Below are positions 10,790-23,058 of a stretch of DNA of 54,071 bases, piece after piece; the first letter of the stretch is position 1; every line of letters begins with the position of its first letter. The notes beneath the pieces are model-generated. The model did not search any database, was not told where the DNA came from, and worked only from the letters and a program-made list of their open reading frames with translations. Location: contig CAUYUJ010000266.1 in the NCBI GenBank assembly GCA_963575745.1, positions 62,001-116,071 of the forward strand. Reading direction: 5' to 3'. Source of the stretch: Prorocentrum cordatum (Eukaryota). A program made the translations under genes and the position numbers.

Positions 10790-11645
10790 GCGGCCCGTCC
10801 CGCTGGCCACCCGAAAGGGAGCTCCAGGAGCTCAATCCCGAAGAAATCCCCCAAGACGGCTCAAGATGGCCTCCAAAAAGGCTTCCAAGTCCGCCCAAGA
10901 TGGTCCAAGATGGCCTCCAAGACGGCCCGAGAGAGTCCAAGATGCCTCCAGTTCGTCCAAGAAGCCTCCAAGACGCCAAGATCGCCCAGGAGCCTTTCAA
11001 GATGTCCCCATGACAGCTCAAGAAGCCCCCAAGGGGGCCCAAGAGGGCCCCGACGGCCGAAGAGGCCTCCAAGACGCCTACGCTGCCTCGAAAACCGCCC
11101 TGACACGGCCCATGAAGGCCGGAAATCGGTTCCGGGAGGCCTCAAAGACGGTGTCGGACGGCGTCAAATGGACCAAGAACGCTCTAAGACGACCAACGAC
11201 TCCCTCAAAGAGCCCCCGGAGGCCCCCCAAAAGGCCAAGGAGGCCTCCCGAGAAGCATTCAAAAGGTCCACAGGAAGTTCCAACAAAACACCCAGAACCC
11301 CCCAAAAAACCAAGAAACTTTCAAACATGTCCCGTTCCCTCCTGCTGTTTCCCCCCTCTCCTTTTCCATCTCTTTTCCCCCCCAAGTGTTCCCCGAAGGT
11401 GTCGAGGCGAGACTCGGGGAATACATGGTCCGATGGTTTGGTCGAGCTCCGCCTCCAACAACGCTCAATATGCGCCAAACACTGCCTCCACCGAATGGCT
11501 ACGATTATTTCCTCATGCTAATTTCTGGTCGCCGAGTAAACAATGCAGTCCGTCGCCCAACCAAGTTTGTGCAGATGCTAAATTTCAGCGCCGTCGCACA
11601 AAAAGGCCCAGGAGGCCTCCCGAGATGGCCCCAACAAGCCCAAGT
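10790..11645. repeat. Low-complexity CCAAGATGGCC/CCAAGA interspersed repeat abutting the broken 3' end of the RTE LINE
   Basis: Recurrent ccaagatggcctccaagacg motifs; duplicated at ~33140-34000. Confidence 0.55.
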
Positions 11646-14600
11646 ATCGCGGTGGAAGTCGTGCAGCGTCAGCTTGCGGCCCAGGTATTTCGCGCTTTCC
11701 TCGGCGCTGAGGATTTCGACCTTGTCGTCGTCGATGTCCACGTGTGTAATGCATCGCCCCTGTCGCCTGCTCACATTTGTGGGGATGTTCGTTTTGCCGG
11801 GGCGCAGTGTAAGTCCACACTTCGCTGCTTCGTGTTTGAGGTCCCGCAAGATGCGCTTGAATTGTCGTAGATTGGGTGCTAAGGGAAGTACGTCGTCAGC
11901 AAATCTCAAGTTGGTCAAGCGCGTCGCCTGGGCACTTCCCAATTGTATGCCGAAGCCCTTCCGCGCCCAAGTCGGTTTGATGTTCCGGAAAATTTGCTCG
12001 AGTAGCGCGTTGAGTAAATATGAGCTCAGCGGGTCCCCTTGCTTGACGCCGCGCTCAATGTTGAATTGTCTGCTTCTGACGTCGGTCTTTACCGTGGCTC
12101 TTTGATCGCTGTAGAAATTCTGCAGCATGGTGATGTAGGGTTCTGGCACATCTCGTTTCCTCAGGGCTCCCCACAAAACACAGATGGTCGACGCAGTCGA
12201 AAGCCTTCTTGAAATCGGCAGCAGCCGTCCAGAGTGGGAGCTGCCATTCGTAGGACTGCTCGCAAAGTATAGTTGCAGTGAAGAGGTGATCCTCTGTGCT
12301 TGAGCCCTTGCGGAAGCCAGCTTGGCCAGGCGATTGCTGCGCGTCGAAGAGCGTGTCAAGTCGGTTGCAAAGCAGTCGGGACATGAGTTTGTATAGTAGC
12401 GGTATGATGGCGATGGGTCTGTAGTTGCTTGGTAATTGCGGGTCTCCGGACTTATGGATCACGCTGATGGTGGTGTGTCTCCACGGTTCCGGCGGTGACT
12501 GCTCAAGTGCTATAGCGTCGTCGAAGAGCACCAACAAATGGTTCACGATCGCGCCCCCCCTGCTTGCAGCAGCTCTGCGGTGAGCCCAGCCGTGTCTTTG
12601 CACATGCCGTTTTTGAGATGCTTCGCTGCTTGGCGCAACTCCCCGCAGGTGAATGGTGGAATACTCTGTCGAGGTCACTTTGCTGATTCTTCTTGGGCGT
12701 CTGGGGAGCTGTTGGGCGTAGGCGAAGTAGCGCTTTCAGGGCGTCGGTGCAGCTTCTCATAGAAGTCCGCGAAGACGTCTGTAATTCCCTGTCGGTCCGT
12801 CTCGTCGGAGCCCTTTGCTGTTGTCATGGCCGGTATGAGCTCCTTCTTCTTGCTGGACTTGATCCCAGAGATCTTGTTCAGGCCGCGGAAACTAACGATG
12901 ATGTCGTTCAGGATTGCCTGCCGTTGAGCCCTTTTGATGTCCCGGTGCGCACGTAGAATACGTTTGCTGAGAGCTGTTCGGGTGGTTGTGTCGACGTACG
13001 GTGTGTATCTGCGTTGCGTAGTAAGTGCGTGCAGGTGTTGCTTTGCCGCGTCGTCGTTGCTAGCTGCGCTTTGTTGAAGATGTTGTTGTTGGTCTTGTTG
13101 TTGCTGGTAGTCTCTCTGGGCTGCTACTAGTGCTTTTTCGGTGTGTGCAACGGTGTCTCGGGGACCACTTGGCGGGATGATGGTAGTGAGGTGTCTCTTC
13201 AGATGGTGCTGGAAAACGGGGTCGTTCGGTCGGGGAAGCCCCCGGTGCGTGCGAGTCTGTCGTCGTTTTCGTCGTCGTGTTCGCGGTGTCGCGTCGCCCA
13301 GTGCTAGTCGGACGTGCGCGGCTTGGTGGTCGGAGCCGAGGTCGGGGCACGTCGTTGCAAACGAATCCAGGACCAAATACCGGGCCTGCTGATCCATCAG
13401 AATGTAATCGATCTGCGTTTGCTTGTGGTCGGTGCCAGCGCTCGTGCACGTGAACACGCTGTCAAAATGATTGTAAAACATCGCGTTTGTGATTGTGAGT
13501 TTGCGCACGCACGCCCACGATCGTAGCCGGGTGCCGCGCTGGTTGTACCCGCTCTGCCCGCGGTTGCCAATAGTGCGCTTCTCTGCCCTGCTAGCGCTGG
13601 AATCGTCGTCGTCGTCGCTCCGTTTACCAACTCGTGCGTTGAAGCCTCCTGTGACGATGGTCGTCCGGTGCTGTTGGTGGGCATCAGCGTGTATTTCTGC
13701 AAGTACGTCGTGCATACATTGCGCGCGTTGGTCACTGCATACTCCATGTGGGAAGTAAGCCGCGACGATTCGGAGCAGACGATGCGGGAAGTCGACGTCG
13801 ATGCAGGCGACCCGCTCGTTAACTGCTTTGAAGCTTCGCATGTATCGCGCATGTCGTTTATGAACAAAGAATGCACCTCGCGTCGGACTGTCATGCCCAG
13901 AAACTGCGAATATGTGCGCGCCAGGCTCCGTGACCCAGAACTCTCTTTTTTCTGTCCGCCATGTTTCACTGAGTGCCACGACGTCCCATCGTGCGTCGGA
14001 AAGCTCCTGCAAGAGAAGGTCGATCGCTGTGTCGGCAGTGAAACTCCGGGCGCTTTTGTGTATGACCGTGAAGTTCCTATCATCGTTGCTGCGTCGTGGA
14101 GTCGTGGTCGTGGTTTGTCGGTAGGCTGGTGTTATGGTTGTCGCCGTCGGATAATGCGCGTCCAGCGTCGGCTGCTGGTGGAGAGAGCGCGTTGGTCGCA
14201 AGTCCCACGGTGCGTCACCTTCTGCGTGGCTGCATCGTCCTCGTCCGCCGCCGGTGCTGGATTGAGGTAGTCGCTGTTGTTGCAATTGTAGATGCTGCTC
14301 CGGCTGCGGATGTAAATTCATGCCAGAGGGTGGAGATGAGAGTGGGATGTCGGATATTGGAGGCTGCTGGTCGGAACGCTGGGTTGGAGGGGCCTGGGAG
14401 TCGACAGATGGAGGTAGACATGTGGATGGTGGGCGCTGGAGGTCGATCGGTGGAGGCGGGAGTGGGACGTCGGATGCTGGAGGCGGAGTCGCAGAGGACG
14501 AGGTCGGAGACACCCGGAACGAATAATGATGACCATGTCCATGTCGAGGCTCCTTGTCAGCACAAGGAGTTGGATACCTTGCGCGCGAATGTAGAACTGG

Positions 14601-14783
14601 CCGCAAGAGTGAAACCATGTCTTGCGAAGCCTTGGAGTGCATGTCGCTTGGCCCCGGGTCGTCAGGCCGAACATCAGGTCGCCGAGAACCGTGCTGATGA
14701 TGCAGAGTCCTGTCTGGTACCTTGACGGCTTGCCTGGCCGCGTCATGGGTGTCAACAATAATCTGTGCATCATGTTCCCCCAT
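11645..14783 (-). pseudogene. LINE ORF2 (AP endonuclease plus reverse transcriptase), disrupted
   Basis: APE motifs: WDVVALSETWR, TGGFNARVG, QIDYIL, GSDHQ. RT motifs: NYRPIAII, QAGFRKG, DFKKAFDCV, GVKQGDPLS, LRFADD, KYLG. There is an in-frame TGA at 12675 and frameshifts near 12555 and 12170. Confidence 0.93.
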
Positions 14784-15062
14784 TTTGCGAATCCTCTTGG
14801 GGGTTATGGGTGAAACGTTTGGGCTCGAGTGGAGAGTCGGGTGCGCCGGGGCGGGGTTCGTCGGGTCAGAGACGGGGTTGAAACGAGAAGAAAGAATGGG
14901 TTTGGGAGCGCCGTCCTGGGCGTAAGTGAAGTCGAAGGTCGGAGATAAAGCCGCATCTTCCTGCGCATGTCGCCGATGATGCCGGTCGCCAGCAGCTCCT
15001 TTGGAGTACTTTGTGGCTCCGTGAAAGAATTGACTATATGGTGAAACTGTTGGAAGCTGCCA

Positions 15063-15891
15063 TCATTGTAGATCTCGCGCCGCTTTCCACTTCGCCATCA
15101 ATTCTTGGACGCCTTCTTTGACGTTGTCTCCCTCCCCGTATGTGGTCAGCTGGCCGTTCTCGGTGATTTCTGCAATCAGCTTGCCTTTATACTTGATTGT
15201 ACCTCTATCCCAAAATATGCGGATAGACTGGTGTGCAAGGCCCGTATTCACAAGCTGGTGCTTCACCTGCCCGAGTGTCTTGTCCATGCGGCGTTTTTCG
15301 ATTGGGTCATTGTTTTTTGCACCATAACTTGTCTCCATTTTTCCACTCGGCCTCCTCGCCGCGCCACTTTTTCACAAATCCTACTTTCCCCGCATGTGTC
15401 TTGAACTGTGCTATGCCCATGTTGCCCAGATCGCTGAAGGTGAATGTGCTGTCGATATTGTCCATGACGCTGATTTCGTTGAGAATGTCGGTCATATGCT
15501 GGGTGATGTCCTTCTCTGGGATTTCCGACTCCAGTCCACCGAAGATCACCTGTATGTCCCTGTCGCTATCCTTGTAGATCACGGTGGAAGCTTTCTTCGT
15601 GATGGCGTTCCGTAGCTCGTTCGTGTCCTCATTGTTTTTTGTGATCGTTTTGTTGATGTCGTCAACTTGCCCTTGTAGCTGCGTTGCTGCTTCCGTTGCC
15701 GAAGTCGCCGTGGTGGATGCTAGATCTGCGGTGTCGCGGGCATCGTTGATGTCAATCGAGCGCAGGCGCGCCATCTTGTAGAGATCGACGAGGATCTCCC
15801 TGTCCGACATCTTGGAGAGGTCGGGGTCGTTGCCCTTCTTGTGCTTGCCCTCCGGCGATTGACCCACTGTAAGCGCCTCCTTGCGGATCAT
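15063..15891 (-). pseudogene. LINE ORF1 (coiled coil plus RRM-like region and C-terminal domain), frameshift near 15315
   Basis: MIRKEALTVGQSPEGK..coiled coil..QVIFGGL..GIAQF..NDPIEKRR..IRIFW. It lies directly upstream of ORF2. Copy 2 (ORF 37419..37997) has no frameshift at this point. Confidence 0.75.
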
Positions 15892-16139
15892 TCCTCCAAA
15901 ATCGAGCGCGCAAGAGAAGTCAACAATCGAGTGCGCAAACAGTAGAAAGAGCATCGAGCGAGCGAGCGGGCGAAGGGGAAGGGGGGGAGAAGCGGCGACG
16001 GGAGGAAGGGCGGGGAGGACACGCAGGGGCGAAGGTCCGATGGAGGAGAGGGGGAAGGAGGGATGGGGGGAGAGAGGAGAGGAGGACGAGGGGAGGGAGG
16101 ACGAGAGACGACGGAAGGAGGAGGAGGAAAAGGGGAACG

Positions 16140-17349
16140 ATCGTGGGCGTCTTGGTGCGGTCTTAGGCGTCTCGAAGCACGCTTGGACCGACGTGGGCGC
16201 GTCTTGGGGCAATGTTTGGAGCCTCTTGGGCTGTATTGGTTGCTACTGGGCCGTCGTTGGGGCCTATTTGGCCGTCTTGGGGCTCTCTTGGGAACCTCTT
16301 GGGCCAGCTTGGGACGGTCTTGGGGGCCTCTTGGGCCGTCTTGGAGCGTCGGGGCGACGAAAAAATGAGGAAGCCAAAAACCTTTAAAAGCCTGAAGGGA
16401 AGCAATGATTTTGGCTGTTTGGGTCCCTCTTGGGAATGCTCTTGGGGTTGTCTTGGGACGTCGTGGACGCAACTTGGGCCATCCGGGAACCATCTTGGGC
16501 GTCTTGGAGCGGTCTTAGGCGCGTCGGGGCACGCCTTGACCGTTTTCGACGCCGCTTGGGCCGTGTTTGCAAGCTCTTGGGCGGTATAAGGCGCAGATTG
16601 GGTTGTTGTTAGGCCCTCTTGGACCGTTTTGGGGCGCTCTTGGGGGCCTCTTGGGCGATCTTGGGACGGTCTTGGGGACTTCGTGGGCTGTCTTGGAGGG
16701 TCGGGACGACGAAAAAACAAGAAAACCAATCACCTGCAAAAAACCAACGGAATTCAATGATTTCGGCCTCTTGCAGCCCTCTTGGGAATGCTCTTGGGGC
16801 TCTCTCGGGACGTCTTGGAGGCCTCTTGGGCCATCTGGGAGCCATCTTGGGCGTCTTGAAGCGGTCTTAGCCGCGTCGAGGCACGCTTTGACCGTCTTCG
16901 ACGCCTCTTGGGCCGCGTTTGCAAGCTCCTGGGCGGTCTTAGGCGCCTACTGGGTTGTTTTTAGGCCCTCTTGAGCCGTCTTGGGGGCGCTCTTGGGGGC
17001 CTTTTGGGCGATCTTCGGACGGTCTTGGGGACTTCGCGGGCTGTCTTGGAGGGTCGGGACGACGAAAAAACAAGAAAACCAAAAACCTGCAAACAAAAAC
17101 CAACGGAAATCAATGATTTTGGCCTCTTGCAGCCCTCTTCGGAATGCTTTTGGTGCTCTCTTGGGACATCTTGGAGACCTCTTGGGCCGTCTGGGAGCCA
17201 TCTTGGGCGTCTTGGATCGATCGTGAGCGTCTCGAGGCACGCTTGGACCGTCTTCGGCGCCTCTTGGGCCGGACAAGGGCGCCCCCGGAGGCCCGATCCC
17301 GCCATGGGGGATTGCGGTCCCGGCCAGGGGGCCCCCGGCCCTGTAGCTC

Positions 17350-17352
<3 letters not shown>
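16140..17352. repeat. ~355-bp tandem repeat (~3.5 units) built of GCCTCTTGGG motifs, ending at (TA)n
   Basis: tgggcgtcttg recurs near 16144, 16496, 16848 and 17203. Duplicated at 40480-43822, with a related terminus at ~44590-44626. Confidence 0.75.
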
Positions 17353-17396
<44 letters not shown>

Positions 17397-17397
17397 C

Positions 17398-17436
<39 letters not shown>

Positions 17437-17560
17437 GGGAGGTTGGGGGGTGAGTGCGAGGTGAAACGGAGACCCCCCCTACCAAGAAATCGATTTCGGT
17501 TCCGGGTTCGCGTCGTGCGCGCCGTGCGCGCGGGCGAGGCGAAGCTGCGCGGGCGCGAAA

Positions 17561-17935
17561 GAAATCCTCCTGGCTGGGCCGCGGCCGGACCAAATGTTTC
17601 TCCTTCGGCGGCCGGTGGCCCGCGGTGTCCCGCTGGTGTCCCGAAATCCTCCTGTGGCTGGGCCGCGGCCGGACCAAATGTTTCTCCTCCGGCGGCCGGT
17701 GGCCCGCGGTGCCCCGCCAGTGTCCCGCTGGCTGGATAGTCGAAGCCAATCTGGCGCCAATCTGGCAGGCCAATTCTGGCAAACGGGGGCAATCTGGCGA
17801 GGGAGCCAACGCGAATCCAGTCTGGCGAATAACCCAAATCATCCAGTTTGGCCGGGCCAGATTGGCCCTGGGGGCTCAATCCAATCTGACAGTCTGGCCT
17901 TCGACTACCCAGGCTGGTGTCTCGAAATCCTCCTG
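17561..17935. repeat. ~82-bp GC-rich tandem repeat (2 units plus the start of a third)
   Basis: gaaatcctcctg(tg)gctgggccgcggccggaccaaatgtttctcc at 17561 and 17643; a third gaaatcctcctgg at 17924. Confidence 0.8.
17732..17912. mobile_element. 181-bp MITE with 5-bp TSD GCTGG
   Basis: TIRs are CTGGATAGTCGAAGCCA / TGGCCTTCGACTACCCAG, with GCTGG at 17727-17731 and 17913-17917. The neighbouring repeat unit has a single GCTGG (empty site). Internal CCAATCTGGC motifs. Confidence 0.78.
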
Positions 17936-18791
17936 GGACAGCGCTTCACGACAATGTCGAGTGCGCTTCGCCGACATCGCCACATCACATCACGCTCACG
18001 TGCACCATCACACTACTCACTAGACTCCGCCCCACAGGCATCGTCAGAACAACAATCACCACTGTTCCCCATTGCTGCCCCCCCCCAACTTCCTCATCAC
18101 CCGCAGGATGGTCGTATAGGTAGATACACACTGGTAGAGACGCATCGCTTGGCGCATACCCACCTGGTAAGTAATCCAAGGGTGCGCACACAAAGCGTAG
18201 CGAAATTCCTCGCTGCCCCTGGAGTGAAAAGAGTGAACAACAGGACATGACATTGATATTTTCCGACGGAGACGCATCAGCCTGGCGCGCACTTATCTGG
18301 TCGATTGCCCAAGGATGTGCGCGCAAGGTGGAGAAACCAGCTCTTGGAAGTGAAGAAATGCATCAAATTCACTTGGCTGGCCGCAGGCGGACCACCTGCA
18401 AGCCAGCATTGCAGCCTGACACATACTGAGGCGCCGACCAAGAGCATTCGAACGCCAACAATGAAACTCCGCCGCCCTGTCGCAGACACGTTGGGGCCAT
18501 GTGAGAGTGCTTGGATGGTTGGGAAAAAACGTGGCTTCTCGAAGCCAAAGGTGAGTTGGCGTAGTGTCGCTCTGCAGAGTAGCCTGATGATACAGGCTCC
18601 GCGTCGTGCTAAACACGGTGCGCCGACTCGTGCTAATCGATCTCCGCGTCCTCCTCCGACTCCTGCTCCGGGCCCCAAGAGGCAAAAAACTGTGCTTTGC
18701 TCCAGCGTATTGCGAGGGATAGCTGCGCGGCGCGTCAGGGAGCGAGGAGGAGGGAGGGAGATTATAGGAAGGCATCAGGCTCCGTGTCGTG

Positions 18792-20547
18792 CTAGATCTC
18801 CGCGACCTGCTCCGACTCGTTGTACTCGTTGTCCTCAACTTCCGCGTTGTCAATGTCGCGCTCGGGTGTTGGGCTCCTGCCACGGCGAGGACATCTGCGC
18901 TTCACCAGGCAGCCCAGCGCGACGCAGCAGACCAAGAACAAGATCAAGACACCAGCGAAGACTGCAATTAATCCCCATGGCTCGGTGGTGGCTGTGGTGT
19001 TTGACGTGTCCGAACTCGTTGTCTCGGTGGTTGTCTTGATGATGGTAGTAGTGCTTGACGTCGCGGAACTCGTGCCCGTATCGGTGGTCGTCGTGGCCGT
19101 CTTGGTGGTCGTCTTGGTGGTCGTCTCAGTTGTTGCCTCGGTGAAGTCGAACACGTACGCGGAGCCTGAATTGTAGCCCTGGTCGTCGTCATAGTAGGCC
19201 CCCACCACCACGCGGGCCCCGTCGGAGCTCACGGCCACCGAGTAACCGAAATAGTCGAGTGCAGCCCCATCACTCGCCACAAGCTTCAGCAGCCTCTCGC
19301 CGGTGGTGCCGTCGAACACGCACGCGGAGCCGGAACCCCAGCCCTGGTCGTCGTCACGTTTGCTCCCCACCACCACGCGGGCCCCGTCGGAGCTCACGGC
19401 CACCGAGTAACCGAACCAGTCGTCATAAGCCCCATCACTCACCACAAGCTTCAGCAGCCTCTCGCCGGTGGCCCCGTCGAGCACGTACACGGAGCCAGAA
19501 TCGTAGTACCTGGTCGTCGTCCACGGTAGGCCCCCACACACGCGGGGCCCGTCGGAGCTCACGGCCTCCGAATAACCGAAATGTCGCCTGCGGCCCACAC
19601 TCGCCACAGCTTGAGCGCGCGATCGACGGTGGGCCCGTCGAGCCCTACCGGAGCCAGAATCGGCGCCTGGTGTTCGTCGTCACGGAATGCCCCACCACCA
19701 CGCGGGCCACGCGGAGCTCACGGCCAGAGTAACCGAAAACAGGTTCGCCTTCAACCCATCACTCGCCAACCTTCAGCAGCCTCTCGCGGTTAGTACGTCG
19801 AACAGTAGCGGAGCCGGAATTGGTGCCACTTGGTCGTCGGCACCAGTGGCCCCCCACCACACGCGGGGCCCCGACGGAGTCTCATCTCTATCCACCACCT
19901 CACCCCCCCACCACTGCTCCTCCACATCGCCTTTCTCCTCTCCCACCTCCCCCTCGCACGGCCACCGAGTCACCGAAATTGTCGCGTGCAGCCCCATCAC
20001 TCGCCACAAGCTTCAGCAGCCTCTCGCCGGTGGCCCCGTCGAGCACGTACGCGGAGCCGGAATAGACGTCATCCTTGTCGTTTCCCACCACCACGCGGGC
20101 CCCGTCGGAGCTCACGGCCACCGAGATTCCGAATCTGTCGCCTGTAGGCCCATCACTCGCCACAAGCTTGAGCAGACTCTCGCCGGTGGTACCGTCGAGC
20201 ACGTACGCGGAGCCAAACGTAATGGGCTCACGCTGGACGTCATCGTAGTAGTAGTAGTAAACGGCCCCCACCACCACGCGGGCCCCGTCGGAGCTCACGG
20301 CCACCGACGTTCCGAACCAGTGGCTGTCGACCCCATCACCCGCCAAGAGCTTGAGCAACTGCGCGCCGCTGGTAGACAGGCGCCTCCCGAACTCGGCCTG
20401 CGGCTCGCGAGGGCGTCCGCTCGCCGAGCCCTCCACCCTCGGGCGGGCCAGCGTCCCGCTCGCCGGCGACCCGGCGCTCGGGGCGCCGCGCGCTGCCAGC
20501 AGCAAGTGTAGCGCGCCGACGCTGTGAGACGTGCGCAGGCGCATCAT
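18792..20547 (-). pseudogene. FG-GAP repeat membrane protein, copy 2; middle blades corrupted (~19500-19960)
   Basis: ORFs 19900..20766 and 18792..19607 give the same signal peptide, blades, Thr stalk and TM segment. Many indels lie between them and may be sequencing error. Confidence 0.85.
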
Positions 20548-20632
20548 GCCGTCTGCAGATGTGCAGAGCTGAGCGGAACGAGAGACGCCAGAGGGGAGCC
20601 CTGGGAGGCCGGCGGCGACGGCCCCTCGGAAC

Positions 20633-20645
20633 CTTGAGCCAAAAT
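20633..20645 (-). promoter_or_regulatory. Relict spliced leader upstream of FG-GAP gene copy 2
   Basis: Minus strand ATTTTGGCTCAAG, about 86 nt 5' of the ATG. Confidence 0.8.
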
Positions 20646-20749
20646 TGCGACCAGCCCCGATGGCTTGCCCAAGACATTCCTTGTTCGGACTCACCGTCAT
20701 CATATGGTTACAGCATCGTCCTTGCTCTTCTCTTTTACACTGGAATTCC

Positions 20750-21037
20750 TTGGTGATGCTTTCCAAAGGATTCCTTTTGTGAGGCTTTTAAAAATAATCC
20801 CTTTGTGGCGCTTTCCAAAGGATTGTTTTTTTTGTTTTTTTTTGTTTTGCGAGGCTTTCCAATAGAATACTTTCGTTGTGCTTTCCAAAGGATTCCTGCT
20901 GTGAGGCTTTCCAATAGAATCCCTTTGTTGCGCTTTCCAAAGGATTCCTTGTGTAAGGTTTTCCAATCGAATCTCTTTATTGTGCTTTCAAAAGAATTCC
21001 TTTTTTTGTGAGGCTTTCCAGTAGAATCCCTTTGTGA
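20750..21037 (-). repeat. ~29-bp satellite, duplicate of 1912-2185
   Basis: ctttccaaaggatt units. Confidence 0.85.
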
Positions 21038-21267
21038 TGCAGAGGAGGCGGAGGAGGAGGAGGAGGCGGAGGAGGAGGAGGAGGAGGAGAAGAGAGATCT
21101 CTCTCTATATATATATATATATATGTACATACACATATACATATATACATATATATGTATATATAGAGGGCGAGAGAGAGAGAAACAAAGAGAGAGAAAT
21201 ATAGAGAGAGAGAGCGAGAGAGAGAGAGAGAGAGAAAGAGAGAACAAAGAAGAGTGGAAGAGGATGA

Positions 21268-21367
21268 NNNNNNNNNNNNNNNNNNNNNNNNNNNNNNNNN
21301 NNNNNNNNNNNNNNNNNNNNNNNNNNNNNNNNNNNNNNNNNNNNNNNNNNNNNNNNNNNNNNNNNNN
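21268..21367. other. Assembly gap (100 N)
   Basis: Run of N. Confidence 1.
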
Positions 21368-22027
21368 AAATGTAATTCGCAACATATGCATAACAATCAA
21401 CACGCGCCGAACAATGATTCGACACGTCTGAAGGACAGGTTTGGGAGGGAAATGACATCATAACGATTGTTTCCTAATAGTGCGCACGTTGCGCGGGAAT
21501 GTGACACCAGTTGCCGAGGCAGCCAACGGCATATAGCTGTGGATGTAAGCTAGATGGCGCAATGATGTACGAAACAACCTATTTAGCTATTTACAGCATT
21601 AGTAGTGACATGTTGCCCTAATGGTTCTACGCTTAAGTTAATGAGTGCATGAGTTACTCCCTTTTCTATGAATTAGTGTTATTATTGAGACACCTTAGAA
21701 ATTTTGAACACACGAGGATATTTCCTGTGCTCTGTAATACAGTTTCCGCTTGAGAACTTCGTCTCCTGCTCAAGATATCCTTATGAATCTGAGCATGCGG
21801 GAATAATTGTAGTCGACGTCGTCGTCGAACACGTTGTTATAGTTGTGTTTGTCTTGTGTTTTTGAACTGCAGGACGTTGGTCCCTCCAAGGGGAAAGTCG
21901 TGTCGTGGCTCCTGGCGGCAGGCACGGGGCGCCCGCAAAGCTTGCACTGTCGTGCCAGCGGTGACGCTTGCTCACTGTACACGCAAGCGTCGGTGTTGCC
22001 AGTTGCCAGATCATTGTGCTCTAGATT

Positions 22028-22778
22028 CTAGATCGTGCTGTTCGGCGTGCGCGTGGTGCTGCGCGGAGTCCTGTCCGATGGCGAGGCTGGCGACTCCACG
22101 AGAAAAAACTCATCTGCTGATGCTGTCGACCGCTGAGCTGAGAAGTCCTTCCACTTTGACGGGTCCTTCACCTTCCAACCGTACGGGACCCAGCTCTCTG
22201 GGTTGTTCGGGTCCCACGGGATAGATGGTTCCAGCCCGTTCTCTGTCTTGGTAGCTTCAGTCGTGTAGTCGATCCACCCTTGAGGGTTCTTGACATGCCA
22301 GCCGTATGGGACCCACGTTTTCTCGTCATCTGGGTCCCACCAGTGAAGGGAGCATGGGTTCATCGCACGCTTGTTGTAGTCCAAGTTCTCGCCCTCCTGC
22401 GACATCGTGAAGCCGCGCTCCATGCCGAAGGGCCCCGACATCGATATGTTGTCTTGCAGCGCCGCCTTGGCACAGCTGAAGTGGCCGATGGCCTTGTTGA
22501 TCGTCTCGAGCTGCACCTTCATCATCGTGATGGTGGTGTTCAGCGACATGCACTTCGCTGGGGTGCCGCACCGCTCCGCCTCGCCGCGGACGATGCTCAT
22601 GACGGGTGATCGTTGGTGCTCCTTCAGCAACTCGTGTCCTGCCTGGAATGATTCCATTGCAGCGTTCACCACGCCCTTGCTGCTCTTAGATCTGCTGCGA
22701 CTTGTGGATGCGGTAGTCGTCTGATCCGATCTCCTGCGCCCACGGCCGACCTCCGCACTCCATGGCAGAGCGATCCAT
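22028..22778 (-). pseudogene. Unknown intronless gene or retrocopy with two WDPxxxxxWVPYGWxVKxPxxWxD motifs
   Basis: A 214-aa ORF (22028..22672) with coding-like composition and an internal duplicated motif. The frame stays open upstream, but the ATGs at 22778 and 22763 (GCCATGG context) are out of frame, which suggests a frameshift. Confidence 0.55.
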
Positions 22779-22835
22779 GGATGTCGGCGTGCGACGCTGC
22801 GCCAGGGAAGTGGCGTCCTAGGCTGCGCTCGAAAG

Positions 22836-22858
22836 TTCGAGCCAAGACTGGCAACGGA
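22836..22858 (-). promoter_or_regulatory. Degenerate full-length spliced-leader relic
   Basis: Minus strand TCCGTTGCCAGTCTTGGCTCGAA vs DinoSL TCCGTAGCCATTTTGGCTCAAG; 58-73 nt upstream of the co-oriented ATGs. Confidence 0.55.
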
Positions 22859-23058
22859 GTGAAGGGCAGACTGAAGCCCTGACGCTTCTTAAGTCCTAAG
22901 ACATTCAGCAACCACCCCCAACCCCCTGGGCGTAGGTGGTTTAGGGGGCTTCCTCTTACAACCACAGTCTTCCCTTTTGTGGCAGCGTTGCCCCGTTTTT
23001 TTGTCCCACCACTCTTCCTGGGCAAATGGGACGGGTGTGATGTGAAGGGGGGGGGGTT

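Larger units (their letters stand above)
11645..16137 (-). mobile_element. RTE-type non-LTR retrotransposon, copy 1 (degenerate, 3' part missing)
   Basis: Pyrimidine-rich 5' UTR, ORF1, then ORF2 with APE and RT motifs. Similarity ends after KYLGRKLTLHDFH. Confidence 0.9.

Noticed and set aside
18513..18530. GGATGGTTGGGAAAAAAC resembling a family B terminus
   Set aside because: It has no upstream CCCAAC hairpin, TTCAAAACGAG motif, array or partner end.
19500..19960. Programmed rearrangement or intron in FG-GAP copy 2
   Set aside because: Scattered indels and a C/T-rich garbled patch resemble noisy long-read consensus. Similar patches occur at 39230-39480 and 42320-42470.
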